Assembly: GCA_900088475.1 (NCBI GenBank)
Contig: FLMG01003682.1
Location: forward strand, 1 to 47,744
DNA from: Hyphochytrium catenoides
Taxonomy: Eukaryota > Protista > Hyphochytriomycota
Direction: 5' to 3'
DNA: 47,744 nucleotides
Shown: positions 36,892 to 47,599 of the stretch, one piece after another
How positions within the stretch are numbered: position 1 is the stretch's first letter
Layout of the letters: every line of letters begins with the position of its first letter
The notes under the pieces: generated by a model
Told to the model about the DNA's origin: nothing
Databases searched by the model: none
Seen by the model: only the letters and a program-made list of their open reading frames with translations
Program-made: the position numbers and the translations under genes

Positions 36892-37661
36892 AAGAACTTC
36901 GATGTATCGGGCGACAGATCATCACCTTTTGCAGAGTGCTATTTATTATTAGAAGGAGTTATTAGACTCCAAATAGAAGTTGGACAGGCAAAAGCCTTAG
37001 AATTTATAAAGTCAGTGGATAATGTGAGTGAGAAATTGCACCGGTGTGGGAGGGGTTGTACCTTTACCGATAGTATCTCCCTTGACCATGCCAACGTTTC
37101 TAGTGAGGGCCTAATAGGCGCTTCATTCTCCAGACTCTCCTCTCCGCCAGCCCTCACATCCTTCTTCATCTAGAGCTTTGAGCCTTTGGCTCGTAATGCA
37201 GTATTCCACCTCTTTATCCTCGTATATGAAAGCCTGACCATGTCTCCGGCATTATCAGTGCTACGCCACTAGTTTTTTGCTGAGATTAGGGAGCGGCGAC
37301 AAAGAGACGTTGCTAACCCCATGAATTACACGAGAGCGGATGACACTTCCGGTTGTACTCATCCCATGCTGCACCGCCCTCCACAGTCAAAGGAGCCTCC
37401 ACTTTCCAGTGAGTTTGGAAGTCTCACAACTACTCCAGGCCACTTTCTTGCTCATTCTGGCTTGTGACTTTGGTTGGCGCTTTCTCCATACTTCCTAGCG
37501 CTTCCGTATCATCACCTGTTGATGTCAGCCGAGCAGAGGACGCTGGACCTTTCTTACAGAGACTGCAATCGTTTCGATACAACCTTGGAACTAATGGTAA
37601 AGAAATTTGGAGCTTTAACGACGCTAGACCCTCACGGCCCCATCGTGGTGCTTGGTCAATG

Positions 37662-38322
37662 TCAATTCTCCGATGAGACAACTGATTCTTTTCCTTGTCT
37701 TTTCTTCGAGCTAAAAGATGCCTTGCCCGGTGCCCTTCCCGCGAGATGGTGATCCCACAATGGGCGCTGCCTGAACTCTATGATGGTGATGATGGGCGCT
37801 ACCTGAACTCTATGATGTTTGAGGTGCAGCATTGCTGCTTCTTGTGGCACTTCTTTCCAATAGTAGTAAGTTGGGCAAGCTCTACCCAGAAGTCGCGGGC
37901 AGGTTTCCAGGGACCGTTTATGAGGATGACGTCAAGAGGGGTTCTTTTAGGTCGAGTTCGCAGAGCTTGCTGAGGCCTCTTAGCTGACTCGTTTTGTCAG
38001 TCACCATGGAACGCCATATGAGCCGAACCTAAAGTTATGAATGGTGGTGACAAGTTTGCCTAGCGACAGATGACAGCCATCATGGGCCCTTCTGCTTGTC
38101 AAGAAGTGCGGCGTGAGCTTCCTAGCGCTGCTGAGAGCGTACCATCATACTCTACGAGCTCCATCGATGGACACTTGAGGAAACGATCCCAGCTGCTGTG
38201 CGATGCTCCCTCCGAGGTTTGATGAGCTTTGGATTGCACAGCGCCATCGCGTCCGCCCTGTCCAGATCTTTGGTCTGCTGAATGAATTCGTACACCATTT
38301 CAAAGCGTAGCATGACCCTCTT
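37662..38322 (-). CDS. Possible weak or fragmentary hypothetical coding region
   Basis: Several open frames of 50-60 codons with some splice-like signals; no consistent model or recognisable domain. Confidence 0.2.
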
Positions 38323-38524
38323 CTGTTTCAGAGACAGTATAGATGGGTGGGTCGTCTGGGGTGCTTTGCCATTAATATATATGAGAAGCACAGGGAGATC
38401 TAACCCCACCCACCTAGATGAAAATAGGGAGTGAGAATCAGATGGTGAAGTTGAATTTTTATAAACAACAGTTTCTATCTGAGTCAACTACAACAAGACT
38501 GGGGGTAAATTTTCAAACTGAAAT

Positions 38525-38611
38525 NNNNNNNNNNNNNNNNNNNNNNNNNNNNNNNNNNNNNNNNNNNNNNNNNNNNNNNNNNNNNNNNNNNNNNNNNNNN
38601 NNNNNNNNNNN
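38525..38611. other. Assembly gap
   Basis: Run of N. Confidence 1.
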
Positions 38612-39082
38612 AATCTTAAGCAATCTGAGGACAGTATTCAGCTCTTTGACACTCCCAAAAAGCATTCCCATAGTCTTGCTGTATAACAGGTGCGGCCACC
38701 CTAGAAAGCTCCTCTACTTGGAGATTCTTAGAACCCGTCGCTGCGCGATGGATGGCGCTGAGCGTAAGCGAGCAGTTACATTACGCTGCTTTGCTTCTGC
38801 TGTAAGTTGCTGTGTATTGCTTCTTGCTTGTTCATTCAGTTTGTTCTGCTTTGCTGCTTCTGTTACGTACAGCTGTGCCTTTGGAATGCGGAGCTGTTCT
38901 TTGACTTTTTTGGCCTGTTTTCTATGGTGTTCTTGGATTCTAGGTTTGTCGTAATTGTGTAGGGCTGTAGTTTTACTAAAGCTTTGACGACGGCTTTTGT
39001 TATTAGCCTGAATGTTGTGTTGGTGTTAGTTGGGGGTGGGGAGGTGGGAAGCTTCTCAGCTTCTTGTTTTTGTCGTCTTGCT

Positions 39083-40607
39083 CTATGAAGTTTCTTGTGT
39101 TTCTACTTTGAAGTTCTTGAGGTGCGTGAGCGCAGCGTGGGATTTGGATGTGTCATTTGTAAAGATTCCGCTTCTTCGCTCATCAGGCCCTCCTCTTCCC
39201 CACGGTAGAAGAGTTGGAAAGGTATCTGCGACCACCCTGGCGTTACTATTGACGAACAGATTCGACCTGCGGAAAACGTACGTTTCCTCCATTGTGGAGC
39301 AAGTGGTGTGCGACGTGATGAGAGAACTGCTCGTTTGCTCTCCCTCCGTAATATCGCTGTAACCACTTTGCTCCATTTCATGTATGACTTTCGCAGGTAC
39401 AGGGGCGTTACTGTCCTCTGTCCTGTCAACTATGACACCTGCGCATGTGCCCATATCAGAGGAGCTTTTTAGACCAGCACCCGTAGCGCTTTTTACCTTC
39501 TGGTCTACAAGCTCTCTGAGCGTCTCCGAGTACTACAGCTCCGTAGCGAGGGTTGTTGACAGGACCGCCTTCTCTTTCTTGGCCTTTGAAGAACTGCAAC
39601 GCCGCCGTAACAGCAGGCATTCTTGCTAGGTAGGGTTCCTTTGCCGCAACTTTCTGCTCTGCTGTCATTGCACCTGCGAGGATGACGCGAATGCTTCCCA
39701 CTGCACTTCTTGGTAGCATTGTGGCCATTGGCCCCGATGTGTTGGCTACTACGTAACAGTGAGACTTGAGCACCTGTCCTTCCCCTAATGTACTCGCGTT
39801 AGAACGATTAATAGGCATTGAATAGTTTTTCTTACCGAAGCGAACAGTCGATATGAAGACAGCTGGTGAGACTATAGAAACTAACTCTTCCTCCGTCCGC
39901 GTCAGTGCTGCCAGCTCCCCAGGCCACTCTCCTATGGCTAGGCCGTTGGCAATGGCGAATTTGGGAGGGTCCTTGCTTCTTGAAAGGTGGGCAAAGCAAG
40001 TCCTGCAAATCATAGCCTCTGCCTGGACACTTCCGTCCTCTAAAAGCTTTCTTGAGAAGCCTGCCACACTCAAATTATTATCGCATTGTTGAGTCAGTGT
40101 GGCTTTCCTCTACCTTGCTTCGACAACAGAAAGGGCTTCAGTCGTACGTCATAATCTGACGTATCATACTGTTTCAATAGTTCTTGGGGAAGTTCTTCTG
40201 AGGGCCGCAGCGACTCAAACTTCTGCAAGCAGATTGCAATTGTTACGATTTCGATGTACGTATTATAGTTACAGCCTCACCTCTATCAGACAATCGTTAA
40301 CTACATGTGGTTCACACTCTTCAGATGATCCCGCCAGGCAGAGAGTATCACATACACAACACACGTTGCGTATTATAGCCGGCAAGCTCATTCTCCTAGC
40401 ACACGCACGGATTATACGCTCTTGGTGCTCCTCTGAAGATGCGTCAAACACTAAGTTTCCTGCCCTGAGTGGTTCAAGAGTTTCTTCTTCTACTATATCG
40501 TTCTCCTCAAGATGACGTGCAAAGCCGTCCACAAGACATCTTCTCAAACGTCTCGCATGCTGCCTAGCATCATGGCCCCTAATTGCTTGGAGAGCTCGCT
40601 TCAACAA
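39083..40607 (-). pseudogene. Disrupted N-terminal part of a Helitron-like Rep/helicase gene (DUF6570-like region)
   Basis: 'VCCVCD', 'ICRTC..PPKFAIANGLAIGEWPGELAALTRTEEELVS', 'LKSHC', 'LPRS..IRVILAG', 'AALQFFK..NNPRY', 'FPTLLPWGRGG'. Broken by stops/frameshifts; no HUH Rep core or PIF1 helicase motifs follow. Confidence 0.75.
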
Positions 40608-41559
40608 GGAAAATAATGCAACCTATTGCAAGCAAGAAAGTCCCTCTATCACAGCGCCTTCTTTGATGCCATCGATACTAGCGACAACATCAACAAAATA
40701 TTCGAAGAGGCAAAGCAGCAGCAATGCTACAATCAATCAACGCACAAGCGCACATCAGACGCACATAGAAGACTACCTACAATGCCACCACCATACACGT
40801 CTTCTGGTCAGAGAACCAACACCACAGATGACGACTCGACGTAATCATATCAATTTAGACCAAGAAAAGCAGCGAGACGAAAAAGGAAAAGGCCTCAACA
40901 GAGTCAAGAAGAGAAGTGACCATCACAGTCGTCACAACGAACAATTGCCAGCGCAATGACATCAACGCTGCCTTTTGCAAACCGCGATCCCAACCAGCAC
41001 CGAGGACGCAAAGAGATGACTTGTTCATCACATCCACCTTTCTTCTTTCCTATCTTCCTTCATTTTTTCCTTCTGTCTCTTTTCTTCTCCTCATCATCAT
41101 CATTTGCGTATACTTCCTTTCGAATCCTCGTCTCTATCTTCACTACCTTTCGTTGGTCATTATGGTTTCATCTACATACTAACACTCCCTTTCACTACTA
41201 CTGTTTTAGAAGCGACGGGGCGGAGTTGAAGCTGTTGGCCGAGATACAGAGGAAAGCAGACATCATTGTCTTCATGATAATGTCCTCTTATAGCAAATAA
41301 GATCATTATGACTTGACAATAATGATGATGTTACGGCTGAGGTGGGATTTAATTCTTCCTCGATGCCCACTCTTGTTTAATCCCTTATTTCTCTCTCTCT
41401 CTTCTTCTTTAATCGTAGTTTATTAATCCTCTAGACAAGGCCTCCCCATCAGCTTGCTAACCCTCCCGCCGCGGTTGAGTGCTCTCTTCGTTCCCTCTAC
41501 GATGACATAGGGTTGCCGGAGCAGTCAGAGGAACGCCACGGCCCCTCCAGCTTGCGGGC

Positions 41560-42155
41560 GTCAAGGACTTGCTGCAGCATAAGTTTTGCTCCCGTCTCTG
41601 GAAGCGCGCTCACCTCCGCCTTCTTTCTCTTCCTTCTCTTTCTTCTCGGGCTCGTCTTCGTTCTGTTTCTCTCCCTCACGCTGGAGCATTTTTTGCAGCT
41701 TCTCCCTGTGGGGCACTGCTGCATAAGGCCCAATCATCTGTTCTATTCCGGGCTATGCTTCGTCGTTTTCTTGGCCTTCCTTTTCTTCAAGCCCTTGTGG
41801 TAGTATGTGGTAGCTGTCGAAGAGCTGAAATGGATGTCTTCGGCGACCATGCGATGGTCTGTCGCACAGGTGGCGGGGCTTCCCGTCGCCATAACCGGAG
41901 TTCTCTCTCTTTTATGCTCTGCAGTATCGGACGCTGGATACCGCTGCTCTCGGGAGCCCCTCCACTTGCTCTCTCGCTCTCCCTTCTCCCGCCCCGCTGA
42001 CCTAGCTATCCCGACCGTTCCGCTGCATAACGAAGGGTATTATGTTGCAGCGGCGGGTGTGTGACCGAGTAGTCGATTATACTCTTCCTACTAATTTCTG
42101 ATAATAAAGGGCCACATCTCGTGACAAACAATAGAAGAAGTTTATTGTTAAAAAA
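41560..42155 (+). mobile_element. Truncated CRE-clade (RLE-type) non-LTR retrotransposon, copy A
   Basis: 'RARLRSVSLPHAGAF.AASP', 'FRAMLRRFLGLP', zinc knuckle 'CGSC...DVFGDHAMVC', 'RRHN', 'RPADLAIP', then an abrupt jump to a 3'-UTR-like tail. Confidence 0.8.
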
Positions 42156-42159
42156 CATG

Positions 42160-43135
42160 TGGGGGCGCCTCCCGCGCGCCGTCATAATCGAGTCCTTTCT
42201 CTCCTGTGCTCTGCGGTGTCGGAAGCTGGATTCCGTTGTTCTCGTGAGCCCCTCCACTTGCTGTCTCGTTCCCTTCCTCCCGCCCTGGTGATCTAGCGAT
42301 TCCTGGCTATGGCAACCGCTTCCCAGTCACCGCCTTCGATATCCCTGTTACTCATCCGCTGCAACAAAACTCCCTTCGATATGCGGCGGAGCGATCAGGA
42401 TATCAGATGGCTGTGGTTGAGGACCGTAAACGCCATAAATACTTGGCCGCTTGCAATGCCCACCAGATTGACTTCCTCCCTCTAGTTTGGGAGTCCTTTG
42501 GTGGGGGCTCAGCCACGGTTGCGACCTTTGTCGACACAATTTGTGGTGCTCAGGCTAACCGTACTGTCGCTGTTCGCGCGATGTCCACTTCTTTCGACAC
42601 CGCCTCATCAGGCAAGTCTCGTTGGCCCTGCACGAGGAGGCCGCTAGAATGATTGTATCCAGGTTGGCTCCTTCTGCGCCCTTTCTTGCACTCTCTTCTT
42701 CTTCGTCTTCTCCTCCATCTCTTCTTTTTTCTCACCGTGGTGTTACCACTGCCCCTACTGTTTTAAATTCTCCACCTGCTGTCGCTCCTCCGCCAGAGGA
42801 GAATCAAGGATTTTTTCTCTCGCGCATTATTGGTGAGGACGAGGACTCCGCCGTTTCTTCTCCGTCGGTATTCGAATTCCTGCCGCCACACCCTCCGCCT
42901 ATATCTGAGGATCTTCCCCGCCGGCCGCCTTTGGTGGCCGGGTGAGCTCCATCATGCTCCCTTCCTTCTTTTTCTCCCTTTCTGGCCTTCTACTCGTCTC
43001 TCTTCTTGTTCCTCTTCGCTTTAGTAGTGCATATTTCCTGTCTTCCTTCCTCTTTAAACAGTAGTCGACTAGTTACTCCTTAAATATTTTCTCGTAAATA
43101 AAGGCCTCATCTTCAATAATCAAATAAAAGAGAAA
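42160..43135 (+). mobile_element. Truncated CRE-clade non-LTR retrotransposon, copy B (RLE endonuclease plus 3' tail)
   Basis: 'RHNRV', 'RPGDLAIP', 'AFDIPVTHPLQ', 'EDRKRHKYLAAC..FLPLVWESFGG'; frameshifted; tail similar to copy A. Confidence 0.82.
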
Positions 43136-43182
43136 AATTCGACAGGAAAGCCAATATTCTTCTTCTGCCTTTGTTGGTGTTT

Positions 43183-43650
43183 CTAAGGTAAGCAGCGATA
43201 CTCTCCAGTCCATGGGTTGTGCTGGCAATTAAAATAATCACGAGAAGGGGTTGGGGCCGGCGTTCTCCCAACAATGCCCGTCGTGACGGTTCCCGGGGCC
43301 ACGCCGCCTGCTGTCCGTGGAGTGGGGCGTGGAGTGCCTGTGGTGACCACTCCCGGGGCAGGAGTTCGTTCATTTAATCTTTCCCACCAATTTGGCGTTG
43401 GACGCGGACGGTGATGATGCCTGGCAGGTGTTGGCGCGGGTGTACGCTGCTGTTGTAAGCCCCTCGACTGGAGCAAATGCCGTCGGAGTGATCCTTCACG
43501 TTTATCATCAGTGTACGGCTCAGACCGGGCTTCCACGCTCATCATCCCGACATCATGACCTTCCTCCTCGCTATTTACAACAAAGGAACCGAGGTTGATA
43601 ATGGCGATGGCTGCGACAGCTATGGTCCAGAATCTCATCATCGACACCAT
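43183..43650 (-). CDS. Small secreted Pro/Thr-rich protein with putative propeptide, intronless, 155 aa
   Basis: Hydrophobic signal peptide (MRFWTIAVAAIAIINLGSFVVNS), acidic segment, KR/RR sites, TPAPTP repeats, C-terminal C-x10-C; ORF is intact. Confidence 0.7.
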   Translation of the reverse strand: MVSMMRFWTIAVAAIAIINLGSFVVNSEEEGHDVGMMSVEARSEPYTDDKREGSLRRHLLQSRGLQQQRTPAPTPARHHHRPRPTPNWWERLNERTPAPGVVTTGTPRPTPRTAGGVAPGTVTTGIVGRTPAPTPSRDYFNCQHNPWTGEYRCLP

Positions 43651-43757
43651 TCTTCTTGCTGGATTGACGTTAGTTTTGAACTACGTTGGTGTGCTATTTT
43701 CTTCCGTCTCCTTTGCTTTCGTAGTGGTAGTGTTGAACTATACTCCGCGTTGTTTGC

Positions 43758-43804
43758 NNNNNNNNNNNNNNNNNNNNNNNNNNNNNNNNNNNNNNNNNNN
43801 NNNN
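43758..43804. other. Assembly gap
   Basis: Run of N. Confidence 1.
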
Positions 43805-44067
43805 TCTCTTCTCTGGTGAGACTCCTACAGTCCCAGCGATTAGCCGAAAGACCTGATGATGATGAGCATCATCATGATGGGGTCGGGCGGCAAAAGTTGC
43901 TTCTACCACAGCTGGCAGAGCTAATCTGTGATTGAGGATTGACATCTGAGTTCCTTGTTGAGGGGTGACGTATTTATTAATCTCTCTAAAACATTCTCTT
44001 CGATGATCAGTATCTCTGACTATCGAGTATTCGTCCTCGCTTACCTTGGACTAATAGCTAACCGTAC

Positions 44068-44741
44068 CACTGACGGGAAAATTGTAGTTCTGGACTCTAC
44101 CATCAGCGCCCAAGTACGAGCCCCGCCGGGGTTATTCGTGACCCTGGTTGACCCCTTCTCATAATCGAAAGGAGAGTTGAGGGATGATGATGAGGAGGGG
44201 TTGAGGGATGAGGAGGAGGGGTTGAGGGATGAGGAGGAGGGGCTGAATCAGTAGCGCATCCTGAGAGTATCATCTACCGTAGTACAAGAAAACTAACAAG
44301 AAAAGAAGAAAGAGGTAAAAGACCATAAGGCCTTAGAACTATTATGTTCTAGAAGACTAGTGAAGTGGAAGAAAGAATCAACCTGCACACTCTCTCTTCT
44401 GAGGCGGCAGTCAACTGCTGCGTTCTCAGGGTCGTTCCCATCGAGACATTTTTTTGGCACTGACAGGGAAAGTTGTAGTTCTGGACTCTACCATCAGCGC
44501 CCAAGTACGAGCACCGCCGGGGTTATTCGTGACCCTGGTTGACCCCTTCTCATAATTGAAAGGAGAGTTGAGGGATGATGAGGAGGAGGGGTTGAGGGAT
44601 GAGGAGGAGGGGCTGATCAGCAGCGCATGTACAAGAAAACTAACAAGAAAAAAGAGGTATGTTCTAGAACTAGTGAAGTGGACGAAAGAATCAACCTGCA
44701 CACTTTCTCTTCTGAGGCGGCAGTCAACTGCTGCGTTCTCA
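44068..44741. repeat. Tandem duplication (~44068-44429 and ~44458-44741) with nested 21-bp purine-rich repeat
   Basis: Near-identical blocks 'ttgtagttctggactctaccatcagcgcccaagtacgag...' through '...gcggcagtcaactgctgcgttctcag'; internal repeat gttgagggatgaggaggaggg. Confidence 0.9.
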
Positions 44742-45408
44742 GAAGAGCCTTCTCTCTCCCTCTCGCCTCCTCATAGTTCTACTTCTTTCTCCCTCCAGAT
44801 CGTCGCTCATTGTCTCTCTTACTCTCCCTCTCTTTCTCTTTCTCTCTTCCTTCTCTCCCTCTCTCTTTCTCTCTCTCTGTCTCTTTTTCTGTCTCTCTCT
44901 CTCTCTCCCTCTCTCACACGCCCTCTTTCTATGTCCCTTGCTGCTCAGTGTCTATTCTGCTGGGTTCGCAGCCACCAGTATGGCATCGGGCTATACATCT
45001 CTTGCTTACTTGTTGCTGCTCTCTCCTTACTACCTTTTCTTAACCTTGAGGAAGAAGGCCTAGTAGTAGGGTAGAGAGGACAGCGAGAGGAAAAGAGTGA
45101 AAAGAGCAGCAGGAGGAGGGGAGGAGGGAGGGGAGAAGGGGACAGAGCAAGAGAGAGAGATGTAATAAGAAGGGGATGGGGAAGGGCCGTCGGCTCGCTG
45201 TCTTTCTTTTTGCAATCTTTGAAAGGGACGGGAGACATAATATAATGGGTGCCTTCTCCTCCAAATCTCTGGCACCACTTCTTGTTTGTCTATCCTCTTC
45301 CCTCGTTCTCTCTTTTGCGGTCCTCTACAGCCCTCTACAACTACTTTTGCTGTCCTGTAGAACTACTTTCTTCTGTCCTCTTGTCATCCCGTCTTGCTTC
45401 TTTCTCTT

Positions 45409-45439
<31 letters not shown>

Positions 45440-45868
45440 CTCTCTCTCTCTCATTCTTTCTTTCTCTCTCTCTCTCTCTTTCTCCACTCTCTCCAAAAAA
45501 CATCTTAGGTGGTAATAAGGCATATGGCGTTGCCTGGTGGAGGGCTGTGGTGCGTCATCAATTTACATTAATCGACTACTACCATCAGATGCTCCCATCG
45601 ATTGGTTATTGTCCATCACTTGTCCAGGTTGCTTGTAAGGCCTTTTTGCCACGTTGTCTCTCCACCATACGTTCTCAAACCCTCGTTCTCAAACCCTTTT
45701 CTAGTGGGGTTGTGTCAATTGCATCTCCCAACTTTGCACCATACAAGTGTGCTGGTGTGGGTTTGAGCACAAGAGCCAAACCTTTCGCCGCACAAGCACA
45801 CCTTTCACCCAACTCAGCACCACCTTGAAACGCACACATGAAATGATTCACTGAATTAAAGGAATTAT

Positions 45869-46455
45869 TTCGCTGAGCGTAAGCGAAGGGTCTAGTGGAT
45901 AGGGCATGAGCCCTCGCAATAAATTATCAGAAGCCAAGCACAGAAAAGCAATGCCCAGCAAAGAAAGACAGAGAATAAGCACAAAACACACAAAGAAAGG
46001 GAGAGGGGAGAAAGGGAGAAAGGGAGACTTCAAAAAAAAAGGCAAATGATGTGTGTATGTATGTATGTATGTATGTTCGCTGAGCGTAAAATAAGCGAAG
46101 CGTCTAGTGGATAGGGCATGAGCCCTCCCAAGAAATCATCAAAAGCCAAGCACAGAAAAGCAATGCCTAGCAAAGAAAGACAGAGAATAAGCACAAACAC
46201 ACAAAGAAAGGGAGAGGGGAGAAAGGGAGAAAGGGAGACTTCAAAAGAAAAGGCAAATGATGTGTGTTCGCTGAGCGTAAGCGAAGCGTCTAGTGGATAG
46301 GGCATGAGCCCTCCCAATAACTTATCAAAAGCCAAGCACAGAAAAGCATTGCCTAGCAAAGAAAGATAGAGAATAAGCACAAAACACACAAAGAAAGGGA
46401 GAGGGGAGAAAGGGAGAAAGGGAGACTTCTATAAAAAAAAGGCAAATGATGTGTG
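45869..46455 (+). repeat. Three tandem ~190-207-bp units, each starting with a hairpin and CTAG
   Basis: Units start at 45869, 46076 and 46267 and are highly similar by eye. Confidence 0.95.
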
Positions 46456-46624
46456 TATGTATGTATGTATGTATGTTATGTGTGTGTCCCTCTAAATATA
46501 ACCCTCATCAAAGCCAAGCAGAAAAAAACCGCAGAAAACCCAAAGAAAAAAGACAGCGATTGGTCAGAAACAGTAGTCAAAAAGCTCAAACGAACCCTCA
46601 GACCACAAAGATGGTGCGTATTAT

Positions 46625-47250
46625 TACGAAAACCAAAGGATAGCCCTATTTCCAGTACTCCCAAAACAAACACTCAGCGCTATTCCCCAAGCCTGTAATC
46701 AATTATGAATGGAGCTCTCTCAAAAGAATGACGACAAAATCAGAAGCTTGGAGAACAATATACAAAAGACTCCACTATGTAACGCTTCAACAAAGAATAG
46801 TTCCATACACAGGAATACGAAAAACAAGGGATAGTCTACTTTCTGTGCTGACAAGACTTGGTACTGTACAACAAAGTCAGTGCTATTCCCAAAGCCAGTA
46901 ATCTAGTCGTATTATTAGAGCTCTAAAGAAACGACAAAATTAGGAGCCTGAAGAACAATATACAGAAGAAGCCACTTTGGAGGCTGGTTGGCAGCAATAC
47001 GACAAATAGGAGACACTGTCATCCAGGACAACGAAAGATAACATTCTAGAGCGATATCCCAGTAAAAAGCGAGAGAGAAACAGAGATTTAAAGCACAAAA
47101 CACTCATAGTATAGGAGGAGATGAGCCACAATATACAAAAGAAGCCACTTTGGAGGCTGGTTGGCAGTAATACGACAAATAGGAGACACTGGCATCCAGG
47201 ACAGAGCTGAACAAGGAAGGAAGGAGCATGGCAATACGAAAACGACACAG
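46625..47250 (+). repeat. Degenerate ~170-190-bp tandem repeats
   Basis: Recurrent 'ggatag...gctattccc.aagcc.gtaatc', 'caatataca.aaga..ccact' and the ~60-bp block gaagccactttggaggctggttggcag.aatacgacaaataggagacactg.catccaggaca (twice). Confidence 0.85.
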
Positions 47251-47599
47251 GTAGGCAGAAACAGTAGTGACATAAAACTACCAAAAATTTGACTCGTCAA
47301 AAGCCAGGCGCAGACAAGCAGGGCGTACCAAAGAGAGACGGAAGCAGTGAATACACAAGTAAGGAGCAATAATAGTAGCAGACACCAGCAATCCAACAAC
47401 CATTACCAAGCAAGGTAACAGAAGCAGCAAAAAAACAAGAACACAGTAGCAAGAACAATCAAAGAGCTGGTCACATCAGCAGTGAATGAACAAGCAAGAA
47501 GAAGCAAGGGCAGTAGCAGCCCCAACAAGCCTTATTAACTCCGGAATTAGGTGTCTGAAAATTTACCCCCGACAACAGGTGGTTTGTTGTAGTTGACCC

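Larger units (their letters stand above)
38483..40607 (-). mobile_element. Defective Helitron/Helentron-type rolling-circle element (left copy)
   Basis: Contains DUF6570-like Rep N-terminal coding remnants; terminal region shares sequence blocks in inverted orientation with 47416-47597. Confidence 0.7.
45862..47597 (+). mobile_element. Non-autonomous Helitron/Helentron-type (HINE-like) element (right copy)
   Basis: Palindrome TTCGCT-gagcgta-AGCGAA plus CTAGT, (GTAT)n microsatellite, internal tandem repeats, terminal stem-loop acaaca-ggtggtt-tgttgt; end homologous to the left element. Confidence 0.6.

Noticed and set aside
44556-45828. Several 100-170-aa ORFs
   Set aside because: Mostly repeat- and microsatellite-derived, with no recognisable domain or consistent splice model.
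45848-46389. Repeated hydrophobic membrane-protein-like ORFs on the minus strand
   Set aside because: Translations of the purine-rich tandem repeat; unit lengths do not keep a common frame.
45869-46455. CRISPR-like regularly spaced palindromes
   Set aside because: The intervening sequences are near-identical rather than unique spacers; eukaryotic context with no cas genes.
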